64,000 bases of DNA from Candidatus Nomurabacteria bacterium (GTDB taxonomy: Bacteria; Patescibacteriota; Minisyncoccia; Phycocordibacterales; CALRBL01), in NCBI GenBank assembly GCA_963834935.1, contig CAWIDS010000003.1, forward strand, positions 121,373-185,372, read 5' to 3'. The notes below the pieces were generated by a model. That model did no database searches. It saw only the letters and a program-made list of their open reading frames with translations, and was not told the origin of the DNA. Of the stretch, positions 23,888 to 33,449 are shown in pieces. A program made the position numbers and the translations under genes. Each line of letters opens with the position of its first letter. Position 1 is the first letter of the stretch.

Positions 23888-25066
23888 ATGAAACGAAACG
23901 TCTCCATCGGCATCGACATAGGAACCCGCTCCACCAAGGTGGTCATCCTTCAAAATGGAAACGGCGTGAAAGAAGAAGCAGTCAAGCAGTCGCTCGCTCC
24001 CCGCATCATCGCCACTGGCCTCTCTGACACCAAAGGCATGCGCCACGGCTACATCACTCATCTCGGCGAGGCGATCAAAAGCGTCCGCGGAGCGGTACGT
24101 ATGGCAGAAAAGACCTTGGGGACGAAAATGCCGAAGGCTTGCATCAGCGTCGGAGGCATCAGCCTGAGCGGAAACGTCTTCATCTCATCGACTGCAATCG
24201 CCAAGAATGGAGAGGTTTCCGCTCAGGACGTAGCCAAAGTGCTTGAACCAGCTCATACCGACATGCCCCAGAGCTTCGCGCTCAATCGCCGCATCATCAA
24301 TACCTTTCCCCTTTCATACAAGATCGATGGGCGAACCGTTCCCGGCAATCCCCATGGCCTTAAAGGCGCCAAACTCGAATCACGCAGCCTGTACGTCACC
24401 TGCCTGACGCATCACATAAACGACCTGATCGCTGCCGTCGAGGAAGCGGACATTGACGTCGAAGATATCATCGCCGGCCCTATCGCCAGCGCCAACGTCG
24501 TGCTCTCAAAAGCTGAAAAGATAGCGGGGGTAGTGCTTGTAGACATCGGCGCGGAAACAGTCTCGATGGTTGTCTACGAGAACGGCTTGCCGATATCCCT
24601 CGAAGTCTTCCAAATCGGCTCGAATGACATCACTAATGACATCGCCCTCGGCATGAAGATAAATCTCGACCAAGCGGAAGCCATGAAAAAAGAAAGTGGA
24701 AAGGGCGAACACTCGAAACGAAAACTTGATGAGATCATCCACGCCCGTCTTTCTGACATCTTCGAGCTCATAGAAGGTCATCTGAAGAAGATCGGCAAGA
24801 GCGGATTGCTCCCAGCTGGCATCGTCCTCTGCGGCGGAGGATCAGAACTCAATAATATCGAAGAGATTGCCAAGCACTACCTCAAGCTTCCGGCGCGCCG
24901 CGTCGAAAACAAGCTCGACGGCAACATGCGGGGACAGATAAAATCAGGCGAATGGGGTGGGGCCTACGGAGCTGCCCTTTTCAGCCTTTCGCCGAGCGAA
25001 GAAGATGGCGGAGAAGAACCCTCAGGACCAGGTTTTTTTGCCTGGATTAAGCAATTTTTACCCTAA
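23888..25066 (+). CDS. ftsA: Cell division protein FtsA
   Basis: GIDIGTRSTKV, VLVDIGAET, GSNDITNDIA, GIVLCGGGS; directly upstream of ftsZ. Confidence 0.93.
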   Translation: MKRNVSIGIDIGTRSTKVVILQNGNGVKEEAVKQSLAPRIIATGLSDTKGMRHGYITHLGEAIKSVRGAVRMAEKTLGTKMPKACISVGGISLSGNVFISSTAIAKNGEVSAQDVAKVLEPAHTDMPQSFALNRRIINTFPLSYKIDGRTVPGNPHGLKGAKLESRSLYVTCLTHHINDLIAAVEEADIDVEDIIAGPIASANVVLSKAEKIAGVVLVDIGAETVSMVVYENGLPISLEVFQIGSNDITNDIALGMKINLDQAEAMKKESGKGEHSKRKLDEIIHARLSDIFELIEGHLKKIGKSGLLPAGIVLCGGGSELNNIEEIAKHYLKLPARRVENKLDGNMRGQIKSGEWGGAYGAALFSLSPSEEDGGEEPSGPGFFAWIKQFLP

Positions 25067-25131
25067 GAAGTCAATGTGTTTCCTTTTAAATACCTTTCTG
25101 ATAGTATAATCGCACTAATAACATTACCTTT

Positions 25132-26307
25132 ATGCCACAAATCAAACCTGAAGTCGAAACATTCGCCCGCATCAAAGTCGTCGGAGTAGGAGGATCGGGA
25201 AAAAATGCCGTCAACCACATGGTAAATGCCAAGGTAAAAGGCATCGATTTTATCTCCATAAACACTGATGCCCAGGACCTTCACCACTCACTCGCAAAAA
25301 AGAAGATCCACGTCGGCAAAAACCTCACTCGAGGCCTTGGCGCCGGAATGAATCCTGAAATCGGCAAGCGTGCCGCTGAAGAGACTCGCGAGGAAATCCA
25401 AGAAGCGCTCAAGGGTGCGGACATGGTATTCGTCACCGGAGGAATGGGCGGAGGAACCGGAACCGGAGCAAGTCCGATCGTAGCAAAGATCGCCAAAGAG
25501 ATGGGCGCTCTTACCATCGGCGTCGTTACTAAGCCTTTCGGCTTCGAAGGCGCTCTCCGCAACAAGCTCGCTGAACAGGGTCTCGCCGAGCTTCGCGACT
25601 CTGTCGATGCTCTTGTAGTCATTCCTAACGACCGCTTGATGATGGTTATTTCGAAGGAAACTACCGCCAAGCAAGCCTTCACTATGAGCGATGAAGTACT
25701 CAAGCAGGCTGTGGAAGGCATTTCTGACCTCATCACTACCCCAGGTTCGATCGCCAACATCGACTTTGCCGACATCCGCGCTATCCTCGACAATGCAGGC
25801 TCTGCTCTCATGGGTGTAGGAACAGGAATCGGTGAAAAGCGAGCGGAAGATGCCGCAAAAGCAGCCATCAATTCCCCTCTTATTGACCTTTCGATTACCG
25901 GAGCTCGGGGAGTGCTCTTCTCTATCGCCGGCGGTGACGACCTTACCATGTTCGAGATCCAGGATGCTGCCCGCGTCATCACCGAATCGATCGACCCCGA
26001 AGCCAAGGTCATCTTCGGTACGGTCAAGGATGACAAGCTTAAGAAAGGCGAACTCAAGATTACGGTCATCGCCTCAGGCTTCCCTGAAGTCACCACTAAT
26101 CCTAAAAAGGGTCTCTTCGGCAGCATCGAGGAAGAGCCTCGCGGAAAGATTTACAATACCCTTCAAAGCCTTACCAAGGACATAAAGCCTCTCTCTGAGC
26201 GCGCTTCCGAAGAAAAGGAAGAGACAAAGCTCGAACCTTCATCAGGAATGGAAGACGATAAGGACGACTGGGGCGCCGTTCCAGCATTCTTAAGGAGAAA
26301 AAAGTAA
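25132..26307 (+). CDS. ftsZ: Cell division protein FtsZ
   Basis: GMGGGTGTG, NIDFADIR, C-terminal VPAFLRRKK. Confidence 0.98.
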   Translation: MPQIKPEVETFARIKVVGVGGSGKNAVNHMVNAKVKGIDFISINTDAQDLHHSLAKKKIHVGKNLTRGLGAGMNPEIGKRAAEETREEIQEALKGADMVFVTGGMGGGTGTGASPIVAKIAKEMGALTIGVVTKPFGFEGALRNKLAEQGLAELRDSVDALVVIPNDRLMMVISKETTAKQAFTMSDEVLKQAVEGISDLITTPGSIANIDFADIRAILDNAGSALMGVGTGIGEKRAEDAAKAAINSPLIDLSITGARGVLFSIAGGDDLTMFEIQDAARVITESIDPEAKVIFGTVKDDKLKKGELKITVIASGFPEVTTNPKKGLFGSIEEEPRGKIYNTLQSLTKDIKPLSERASEEKEETKLEPSSGMEDDKDDWGAVPAFLRRKK

Positions 26308-26441
26308 AAACTCAAAATACAAAACACTCGTTTTAAAAAGACCTTGCGAGGCTCGACGGAGCGAGCACGAGGAATTTTCTAGCAGGAAAATATCCGTGTC
26401 TTTTTAAAACGAGTGTTTTGTATTTTGAGTTTTTACTTTTT
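26299..26441. repeat. Perfect 44-bp inverted repeat with a 55-bp GC-richer core
   Basis: 26299-26342 is the exact reverse complement of 26398-26441. Confidence 0.93.
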
Positions 26442-26461
26442 ACCTTTATAATGCTGGAACA

Positions 26462-27397
26462 ATGACTTACGACTTAGCAATTCTAGGAGGCGGACCAGGC
26501 GGTATTTCAGCGGGAATTTATGCATGCAGGAAACGATTGAAAACCGTCTTCATCACCGACACTTTCGAAGGACAGAGCGCGGTCTCTGTGGGTATCCAGA
26601 ATTGGATCGGCGAGATCGAGATTCCGGGAGCCGAGCTTGCGCTCAAGATGAAGAAGCATCTCCTTGCCTATGCCGCTGACACTCTCGACATAAAGGAAGG
26701 AGAACGCGGCCAACAGATCATCAGGCACGAGGAGAACGGCCAGGTGTTTTTCGAGATAAAGACCGCCAAGAACAGCTATCTTGCGAAAACAGTGCTCGTT
26801 TCCACTGGAAGCGTACGGAGGAAGCTTGATATTCCTGGCGCTGCAGAATATGAAAACAAAGGAGTCGTCTACTGCGCTTCGTGCGACGGGCCGCTTTTTG
26901 CCGATATGGACGTCACGGTGGTCGGAGGCGGAAATGCCGCATTCGAGACTGTCGCTCAGCTCCTTGCCTACTGCAAGAGTGTCACGTTGCTTAACAGGAG
27001 TAGCGATTTCCGGGCTGATCCCATAACAGTGGCAAAAGTGACGAAAAATCCGAAGCTCACCGTCATTACCAACGCCATTACAAAGGAAATTTTCGGAGAG
27101 AAATTCGTAAACAGGATTTCATATATTGACGCACTTACCTCCACTGATCATGAAATACCCACCAAAGGCGTCTTCGTTGAGATTGGCCTCATTCCGAATA
27201 CCTCATTCTTGAAGGACATCGTCGAGCTTGATTCATACGGACACATCGTCATCGATCCACGCACCCAATCATCGAAGACTCCAGGCATCTGGGCAGCTGG
27301 CGACTGCACCGACGTGCTCTACCACCAAAACAACATTGCCGCTGGCGACGGTGTCCGCGCACTCGAGGACATTTACTTGCATCTGCATACGCGCTAA
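26462..27397 (+). CDS. trxB: Thioredoxin reductase-family FAD oxidoreductase
   Basis: GGGPGG, YCASCDG, VGGGNAA, IWAAGD. Confidence 0.88.
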   Translation: MTYDLAILGGGPGGISAGIYACRKRLKTVFITDTFEGQSAVSVGIQNWIGEIEIPGAELALKMKKHLLAYAADTLDIKEGERGQQIIRHEENGQVFFEIKTAKNSYLAKTVLVSTGSVRRKLDIPGAAEYENKGVVYCASCDGPLFADMDVTVVGGGNAAFETVAQLLAYCKSVTLLNRSSDFRADPITVAKVTKNPKLTVITNAITKEIFGEKFVNRISYIDALTSTDHEIPTKGVFVEIGLIPNTSFLKDIVELDSYGHIVIDPRTQSSKTPGIWAAGDCTDVLYHQNNIAAGDGVRALEDIYLHLHTR

Positions 27398-27406
27398 AAT
27401 AACTGC

Positions 27407-27643
27407 ATGAGCGCATTCTTCACGCCATTCAATCTGTTCTTGATCGCCTTCCTCGTTATGCTCGCTATCTACTGGCTCTTCTCTTTCTTCATCCTTTATC
27501 ACCTCATCCGCTTCGGCGTCGGCACAAGGCCGAAGCAGGCATCGCTCATCTATCTTGTCGGCTCTCTGCTGCTCTTCTTCTTCATCGTATTCACCTACGT
27601 CGCCATCGTCTTCGACATTCCCCCTTTCCTTAAAATGATATGA
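27407..27643 (+). CDS. Small 2-TM hypothetical protein
   Basis: Hydrophobic 78-aa ORF in the trxB operon. Confidence 0.7.
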   Translation: MSAFFTPFNLFLIAFLVMLAIYWLFSFFILYHLIRFGVGTRPKQASLIYLVGSLLLFFFIVFTYVAIVFDIPPFLKMI

Positions 27644-28188
27644 GACTTTCTATCTTCAGCCAGACGCACCACACGTTCGAAGGAAAGCGCGATGACGAGA
27701 CCGTTGAGATTTTCCTTTACAGCCATTGGATCATCATGGCCCTTAAGATCATATTCTATTTCTTTCTTGCCTTCCTGCCGCTCTTGCCGATGATATTCTT
27801 CGCCAGAGAAATCGTCGAATACGAATCGGTGAGCGTCACCTTGTTCGCCCTTCTGGCATATTACCTGCTTCTCTGGTCCACCCTTTTCTATGAGGCGATG
27901 ATCTATCTTCTCGATACCTGGATCGTCACCAATGATCGGATCTTGGATATAGTGCAGAGAGGCTTCTTCTACCGCACCGTTTCAGAGCTCAATCTTGCCA
28001 AAATCCAGGACATCTCGGTCAGAATGAAAGGAATAATGCAGACTGTCTTCGACTATGGCGACATTGAGATCCAATCGGCTGGCACAGTCAACAAATTCCT
28101 CTTCAGGCAAGTCTCGCATCCTCATATGATAAAGGACGAGATCATGAAGCTGGTGCTCGAAGCAAAGAAAAGGGAGAGCGGCTTGTAA
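27640..28188 (+). CDS. Bacterial PH-domain membrane protein
   Basis: WIVTNDRILDIVQRGFF...KIQDISV...FDYGDIEIQSAG. Confidence 0.8.
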   Translation: MRLSIFSQTHHTFEGKRDDETVEIFLYSHWIIMALKIIFYFFLAFLPLLPMIFFAREIVEYESVSVTLFALLAYYLLLWSTLFYEAMIYLLDTWIVTNDRILDIVQRGFFYRTVSELNLAKIQDISVRMKGIMQTVFDYGDIEIQSAGTVNKFLFRQVSHPHMIKDEIMKLVLEAKKRESGL

Positions 28189-28190
28189 AT

Positions 28191-28535
28191 TCAGGGATTC
28201 TGGAACTCGGAGTAAATGGATAAGATGAGCTCAATTATTCTTTTTTCGTAATCGGTCTTCTTCGCCTTGATGAGGGAAGAAATTTCCGACTCGCTGAGGA
28301 TCGATTCTTTCTTTAAAAGCATTTCTGTGATTTCAGCCAGGAACTTTTCCCTCTCGGAAGCGACCCGGGTATACAAGGCATACCTAAGGGTGAGAACGTC
28401 TTCTTCATCGAGATAGTCGGCATTATGCAGGAACAACTCATCAATCGCCTTGGTCTCCTTTTCGGTAAGTTCGGAACGGCTAACAGCTATCAGGTCATGA
28501 ATGCGTTGTCCATCATTTGGTATTTCATTAGACAT
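28191..28535 (-). CDS. Hypothetical protein
   Basis: 114-aa helical ORF. Confidence 0.6.
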   Translation of the reverse strand: MSNEIPNDGQRIHDLIAVSRSELTEKETKAIDELFLHNADYLDEEDVLTLRYALYTRVASEREKFLAEITEMLLKKESILSESEISSLIKAKKTDYEKRIIELILSIYSEFQNP

Positions 28536-28570
28536 ATATTCGTACTGGTATCATAACATAAAAAAGCCGC

Positions 28571-29053
28571 CTAGGATGGCGGCTCCCCGAAGAGGTTTGC
28601 TTGCCTGAGCTTTGGCTCGGAATCAGCGGAACCTGGGTCTTTTCTTTCCTGCCTGACCAAAGCTGCGTATTTTGAACGCAGGCGGCGGCCGCCGAGCCTC
28701 AGATAGCGGCGAATGTAGTATTCGAAGCTCTCTTTCTGGTCATCCAAGGCATGTGGATCGATGCGGTGGTCGAAATCTCCTTCGACATCGACCATGTTGC
28801 TATGCAGGATACAGATGAGAGTCGGGTCCTTTGATCGGAACGCGACAATCGAGCCATCGGGGTCTTGGCCATAGATCGTGCCTGTGATGAAGAGCTGTCC
28901 CGTACCCGGGTCCATGAGTTCTTGTACCTGAGTCATGGTTCCCACGATCTCGTAATGGGTTCCGCGGCGAAGGCGGAACTTCTGGCTGAGCACCCGGTCA
29001 GCCTCCTCGCGAGCTCCAACCTGTGAACGGAAGATAATGATTTCTACTGACAT
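28571..29053 (-). CDS. Hypothetical protein
   Basis: ~160-aa ORF from the ATG at 29053. Confidence 0.6.
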   Translation of the reverse strand: MSVEIIIFRSQVGAREEADRVLSQKFRLRRGTHYEIVGTMTQVQELMDPGTGQLFITGTIYGQDPDGSIVAFRSKDPTLICILHSNMVDVEGDFDHRIDPHALDDQKESFEYYIRRYLRLGGRRLRSKYAALVRQERKDPGSADSEPKLRQANLFGEPPS

Positions 29054-29139
29054 AATTCTCCTTTTCTCAGGCAAAGATAGCACATTTCCCTCAATAAACC
29101 AATTTGGCAAAAGAGGGTGTCCGTACTACTTTTATCTGA

Positions 29140-29338
29140 CTGCCTGGTTATGTAAAAAATCTAATGGAACACCCTGTAGAAATGCTTGTAAAACAAGAGA
29201 ATATTAATGCTTTGAAGGGTTTATTTGGTCTTGTTTTTGAGGAACTTCCTATATACGAGGAAATAGTTAATGGAACACCTAAATTGTCCTTACCTTATAA
29301 GCTATCCGAGGAATTTCATCGTTCTAAATCACTAAGTG
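29140..29338 (+). pseudogene. Probable C-terminal remnant of a site-specific recombinase abutting the tRNA-Glu 3' end
   Basis: AT-rich; YVKNLMEHPVEML...LFGLVFEELPIYEEIVNGTPKLSLPY reads in frame into the tRNA 3' end. Confidence 0.5.
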
Positions 29339-29410
29339 TGACCCTACCGGGAGTCGAACCCGGCTTTAAAGCTTGAAAAGCTTCCGTCCTAACCGATAGA
29401 CGATAGGGCC
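29339..29410 (-). tRNA. tRNA-Glu (TTC)
   Basis: GGCCCTATCGTCTATCGGTTAGGACGGAAGCTT-TTC-AAGCTTT...GGTTCGACTCC...GGGTCA. Confidence 0.93.
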
Positions 29411-29470
29411 AGTGCGTTCCTTTATAACATTTTTGTGCATAAATGTAAAAAGTGGTATGGTGTTGCTACT

Positions 29471-29557
29471 GGAAGAGTGGCAGAGTGGTCGAATGCACCA
29501 GTTTCGAAAACTGGCATGGGGGAAACCCTATCGAGAGTTCAAATCTCTCCTCTTCCG
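29471..29557 (+). tRNA. tRNA-Ser (CGA)
   Basis: Cloverleaf with a long variable arm; ccagt-tt-CGA-aa-actgg. Confidence 0.95.
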
Positions 29558-29663
29558 CAAGAAAGGCATTTGAGGTATAGTATTTTGACACTGCGCGGCT
29601 AGCTGTTTTGGTAGATACAGATCATTACGTCAAAAAAAGGAAAAGTGATAATATTCGGACAAT

Positions 29664-29736
29664 GCGCGGTTAGCTCAGTTGGTAGAGCATCTCATTGACG
29701 TTGAGAGGGTCACAGGTTCGAATCCTGTATCGCGCA
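29664..29736 (+). tRNA. tRNA-Val (GAC)
   Basis: GCGCGGTTAGCTCAGTTGGTAGAGC...tctca-tt-GAC-gt-tgaga...GGTTCGAATCC. Confidence 0.95.
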
Positions 29737-29740
29737 CACT

Positions 29741-30901
29741 ATGAAAATCCTCGCTATCGAGACGAGCTGCGATGAGACAGCTGTCTGTATATTGGAATGT
29801 GCCGGCACTCCCGAAAAGGGAGATTTTGAGATGAAGATCCTCGGCAATACCCTGCACTCGCAGATCTCACTCCATGAGGCGTATGGCGGCGTGGTGCCGA
29901 TGATGGCCAAGCGCGAGCATGCCAAGAATCTCATTCCCCTCATGAGGAAAGCGCTCGCTGAAGCGCAGACGAAGGCCGAAGCAGGAACTGAAAAGATTAC
30001 GAAACAAAAGATAACCATAGACGAAGAGTTGGTCGGAAAGCTTTTCGGACGCGAAGAAGAATTCAGGAATGACTTTCTGGAATTTATCCGTACTGCTCCG
30101 AGTCTTCCCGTTGATGCCATTGCCGTCACAGAAGGACCGGGCCTTGAACCTGCACTCTGGATGGGCATCATATTCGCCGAAGCCCTCTCTTCCGTCTTCG
30201 ACATCCCGCTCATTCCCGTCAACCACATGGAAGGCCACATCCTCTCGGTGCTTCCGCAAAAGATAACTTTCCCCGCGCTGTCGCTTCTGATTTCCGGCGG
30301 ACACACTGAGCTTGTGCTGATGCGGGAATGGAACTCCTATGAAGTGATCGGTCAGACCCGAGACGACGCAGCCGGCGAAGCCTTCGACAAAGTAGCTCGC
30401 ATGCTCGGCCTTCCCTATCCCGGCGGGCCGGAAATTTCAAAGCTTGCCGGGCAAGGGCGAACCAAGACTTCAACCATTCCCTACATCCTTCCGCGACCGA
30501 TGATCAATTCCAAAGATTATGATTTCTCTTTCTCTGGATTGAAGACCGCCGTCCTCTACAGCTTGAAGCACGGAGAAATCGACAAAGAGATTGTTTCGAA
30601 GGAATTCGAAGATGCGGTCACTGACGTGCTCATCGCAAAGTCATTCAAAGCTGTCGACGAATTCGGTATCAGGACGCTCATCATCGGCGGCGGAGTGATA
30701 TCGAACTCATACATTCAGGATCGATTCAAGCAAAAAGCAGAAGCTTACGGCGATCTGAGCCTCCTTCTGCCTCCGAAAGAATCCCGTACCGATAATGCAA
30801 TCATGATCGGTATCGCTGGATACATCCGCCAGCTTTACGATATAACCTCCAAAAAAGGGCTCAAAGCAAGGGGAAATTGGAGTTTGACAGAGCATATATA
30901 A
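29741..30901 (+). CDS. tsaD: tRNA N6-threonylcarbamoyltransferase TsaD
   Basis: ILAIETSCDET, NHMEGH, SGGHT, DDAAGEAFDK, FSFSGLKT, TDNAIMI. Confidence 0.96.
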   Translation: MKILAIETSCDETAVCILECAGTPEKGDFEMKILGNTLHSQISLHEAYGGVVPMMAKREHAKNLIPLMRKALAEAQTKAEAGTEKITKQKITIDEELVGKLFGREEEFRNDFLEFIRTAPSLPVDAIAVTEGPGLEPALWMGIIFAEALSSVFDIPLIPVNHMEGHILSVLPQKITFPALSLLISGGHTELVLMREWNSYEVIGQTRDDAAGEAFDKVARMLGLPYPGGPEISKLAGQGRTKTSTIPYILPRPMINSKDYDFSFSGLKTAVLYSLKHGEIDKEIVSKEFEDAVTDVLIAKSFKAVDEFGIRTLIIGGGVISNSYIQDRFKQKAEAYGDLSLLLPPKESRTDNAIMIGIAGYIRQLYDITSKKGLKARGNWSLTEHI

Positions 30902-30912
30902 CGTGCTAAGGT
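30884..30912 (+). promoter_or_regulatory. Sigma70-type promoter at the tsaD 3' end
   Basis: TTGACA, 17-bp spacer, TAAGGT with an extended TG. Confidence 0.55.
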
Positions 30913-31307
30913 AGCTAGCGAAGTCGAGGATGGCCACGAAATCCAATAGACAGTAGCTTCAATCTGCCTACAGGCCGCCGTCCCCTTCAGTCGCCACGCC
31001 TCTCCTTGGCAAATGGTTTGAAAAAATTGAAGCTAGCGCTTGGAATTGGCTTTGATTCATCCACGCAGAAGCCGCATCGGAAATTCCGAGAAAGAACTCA
31101 AGCCTGCAGAAGGCCGCACGATGGTGTCTTGATCCGGGTGCGGGATCACTACACGGGAGCCACCCCAAAAAATTACAGCATCTAAAGACCAGCGAACAGC
31201 CACACTGGTAAGAAGGAAACAATAAAAGCCTCGAGACACGCAAGTGTTCTCGAGGCTTCATCATTTCATATTTTTGAAATCAGGGCCGGAAATGCTAGAA
31301 TTGCTTG

Positions 31308-33446
31308 ATGAATGAGAAATTCCTGAAACCCTACGATTCCGTCGAGACCGAAAGCCGAATATACGAACTCTGGGACAAAAGCGGCTTCTTCAACCCTGAT
31401 ATCTGCATCGAAAAAGGCATTACCAAGGCTGACGCCGAAGTATTCAGCATGGTCCTCCCGCCTCCGAATGTCACCGGTATCCTTCACCTCGGCTCGTCCT
31501 TAATGCTTACAATCCAGGACATCTACGTGAGGAAAAACCGCATGGCTGGCAAGCGCACTCTCTGGATTCCCGGCACCGATCATGCCGCAATTGCTACCCA
31601 ATCAGTGGTTGAAAAGGCTTTGGAAAAAGAAGAGGGTAAGCGGAAACATGACCTCGGCCGGGAAGAATTCCTCAAGCGCGTGGAAGCATTTGCCGAACAG
31701 AACAGGAAGAATATCCTCAACCAAGCCAAAGCCCTTGGCGCTTCGCTCGACTGGTCGCGCGAAGCATATACCCTGGACGAAAAAAGAAGCTTCGCCGTCC
31801 GCACTACATTCAAGAAAATGTATGATGACGGCCTCATTTACCGGAAAAACCGCGTCATTAACTGGGATCCGAAAGGCCAAACCACCATTTCCGACGATGA
31901 GATTGTTTACGAGGAGCGTGACGCGGTGATGTACACTTTCAAATACTCGAAAGACTTCCCTCTTTCGATATCGACTACCCGACCTGAGACAAAATTTGGT
32001 GATACCGCCGTCGCTGTCCATCCTGATGACGAACGCTACCAAAAATACATCGGTCAAACTTTCAAGGTGGACTTCCTCGGCGAAGCGCTTGAGATCAAGA
32101 TTATCGCCGACCACGAAGTAGACAAGGAATTCGGTACTGGTGCTCTTGGCGTGACGCCGGCGCACAGCATGATCGACTACGAGATAGCGGAAAGGCATGA
32201 CCTTCCCATGAAGCAGGTGATCGACGAATACGGAAAGATGACTATCGGCCCGGAGGGCATCAAAGGCGTCAAGGCAGCTGAAGCGCGCAAGAAAGTCGCT
32301 GAACTTTTAAAGAACGCCGGCTTGATCGAAAAGGAAGAACCTATCAGGCAGAATGTCAGCACCGCCGAGCGCTCAGGCGGCGTGCTTGAGCCGCTACCTA
32401 AGCTCCAGTGGTTCGTCAACGTGAACAAACCGATTGCAGAACGCTCTAACAAGACCCTCAAGGAACTGATGCTCGAAGCGCCCGTCGAGTTCGTCCCCGT
32501 CCGCTTTCATAATATCTATGATCAATGGATCAAGAACTTGCGCGATTGGTGCATCTCCCGGCAGATCTGGTTCGGACATCGCATTCCAGTGTGGTACAAA
32601 GGAGAAGAGATATTTGTTAGCACTGATGCTCCAGAAGGCGGAGATTGGACTCAAGATCCTGACACCCTCGACACCTGGTTCTCCTCAGGCCTTTGGACCT
32701 TCTCCACGCTTGGCTGGCCCAATCAAACCGCTGACCTCAAGAACTATCACCCCACCACCCTTATTGAGAATGGAACAGACCTTATCTTCTTCTGGGTGGC
32801 TCGAATGATCCTGATGTCCACCTACCTTCTCGGCGAAATTCCCTTCAAGACGAGCTATTTCCACGGCCTGGTGCGAGACGAGAAAGGAAGGAAGATCAGC
32901 AAGTCGCTCGGCAACAATATCGACCCGATCGACATGGGCAAGAAATACGGCACTGACGCGCTCAGGATGTCGCAGATCATCGGCACCCAGCCCGGCAACG
33001 ACAGCAAGATGTCCGAAGACAAGATCCGTGCCTACAAGAATTTCGCTAACAAGATATGGAATATCACCCGCTTCGTCCTGACAAACACTGAGGATTTCAA
33101 TCGAGATGAAAAGAGAGAAGCGACCGACGAGGATCAGAAGCATCTCGACGAATTAGCGCTGCTGACGAAAGATATCACCAAGGATATCGATGAATTCCGC
33201 CTTCATTTGGCAGGAGAAAAGTTGTATCATTATGTATGGCATCAATTCGCCGATGTCATCATCGAGGAAAGTAAAGCTAAGCTTGCCGAAGGCGGAGAGA
33301 CGAAGAAAAGCGCGCAGCTGATGCTCGTCACCATCCTTGAGACATCGCTCAGATTGCTCCATCCTTTCATGCCTTTCGTCACCGAGGAAATCTGGCAGCT
33401 TCTCGGCAAGGAAAGCCTATTGATGACGGAAAAGTGGCCTCAATAA
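31308..33446 (+). CDS. valS: Valyl-tRNA synthetase (lacks the C-terminal coiled coil)
   Basis: PPPNVTGILHLGS, GTDHAAIATQ, DWCISRQIWFGH, KISKS; ends right after LLHPFMPFVTEEIW. Confidence 0.95.
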   Translation: MNEKFLKPYDSVETESRIYELWDKSGFFNPDICIEKGITKADAEVFSMVLPPPNVTGILHLGSSLMLTIQDIYVRKNRMAGKRTLWIPGTDHAAIATQSVVEKALEKEEGKRKHDLGREEFLKRVEAFAEQNRKNILNQAKALGASLDWSREAYTLDEKRSFAVRTTFKKMYDDGLIYRKNRVINWDPKGQTTISDDEIVYEERDAVMYTFKYSKDFPLSISTTRPETKFGDTAVAVHPDDERYQKYIGQTFKVDFLGEALEIKIIADHEVDKEFGTGALGVTPAHSMIDYEIAERHDLPMKQVIDEYGKMTIGPEGIKGVKAAEARKKVAELLKNAGLIEKEEPIRQNVSTAERSGGVLEPLPKLQWFVNVNKPIAERSNKTLKELMLEAPVEFVPVRFHNIYDQWIKNLRDWCISRQIWFGHRIPVWYKGEEIFVSTDAPEGGDWTQDPDTLDTWFSSGLWTFSTLGWPNQTADLKNYHPTTLIENGTDLIFFWVARMILMSTYLLGEIPFKTSYFHGLVRDEKGRKISKSLGNNIDPIDMGKKYGTDALRMSQIIGTQPGNDSKMSEDKIRAYKNFANKIWNITRFVLTNTEDFNRDEKREATDEDQKHLDELALLTKDITKDIDEFRLHLAGEKLYHYVWHQFADVIIEESKAKLAEGGETKKSAQLMLVTILETSLRLLHPFMPFVTEEIWQLLGKESLLMTEKWPQ

Positions 33447-33449
33447 AAA

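Noticed and set aside
25281-26126. Long antisense ORFs (e.g. opposite ftsZ, gyrA, pheT, rpsA)
   Set aside because: Shadow ORFs arising from codon bias of well-supported genes on the other strand.
30919-31300. T-box riboswitch for valS
   Set aside because: No GGTGGNACC T-box motif was found, and valS has its own leaderless-type -10 box.
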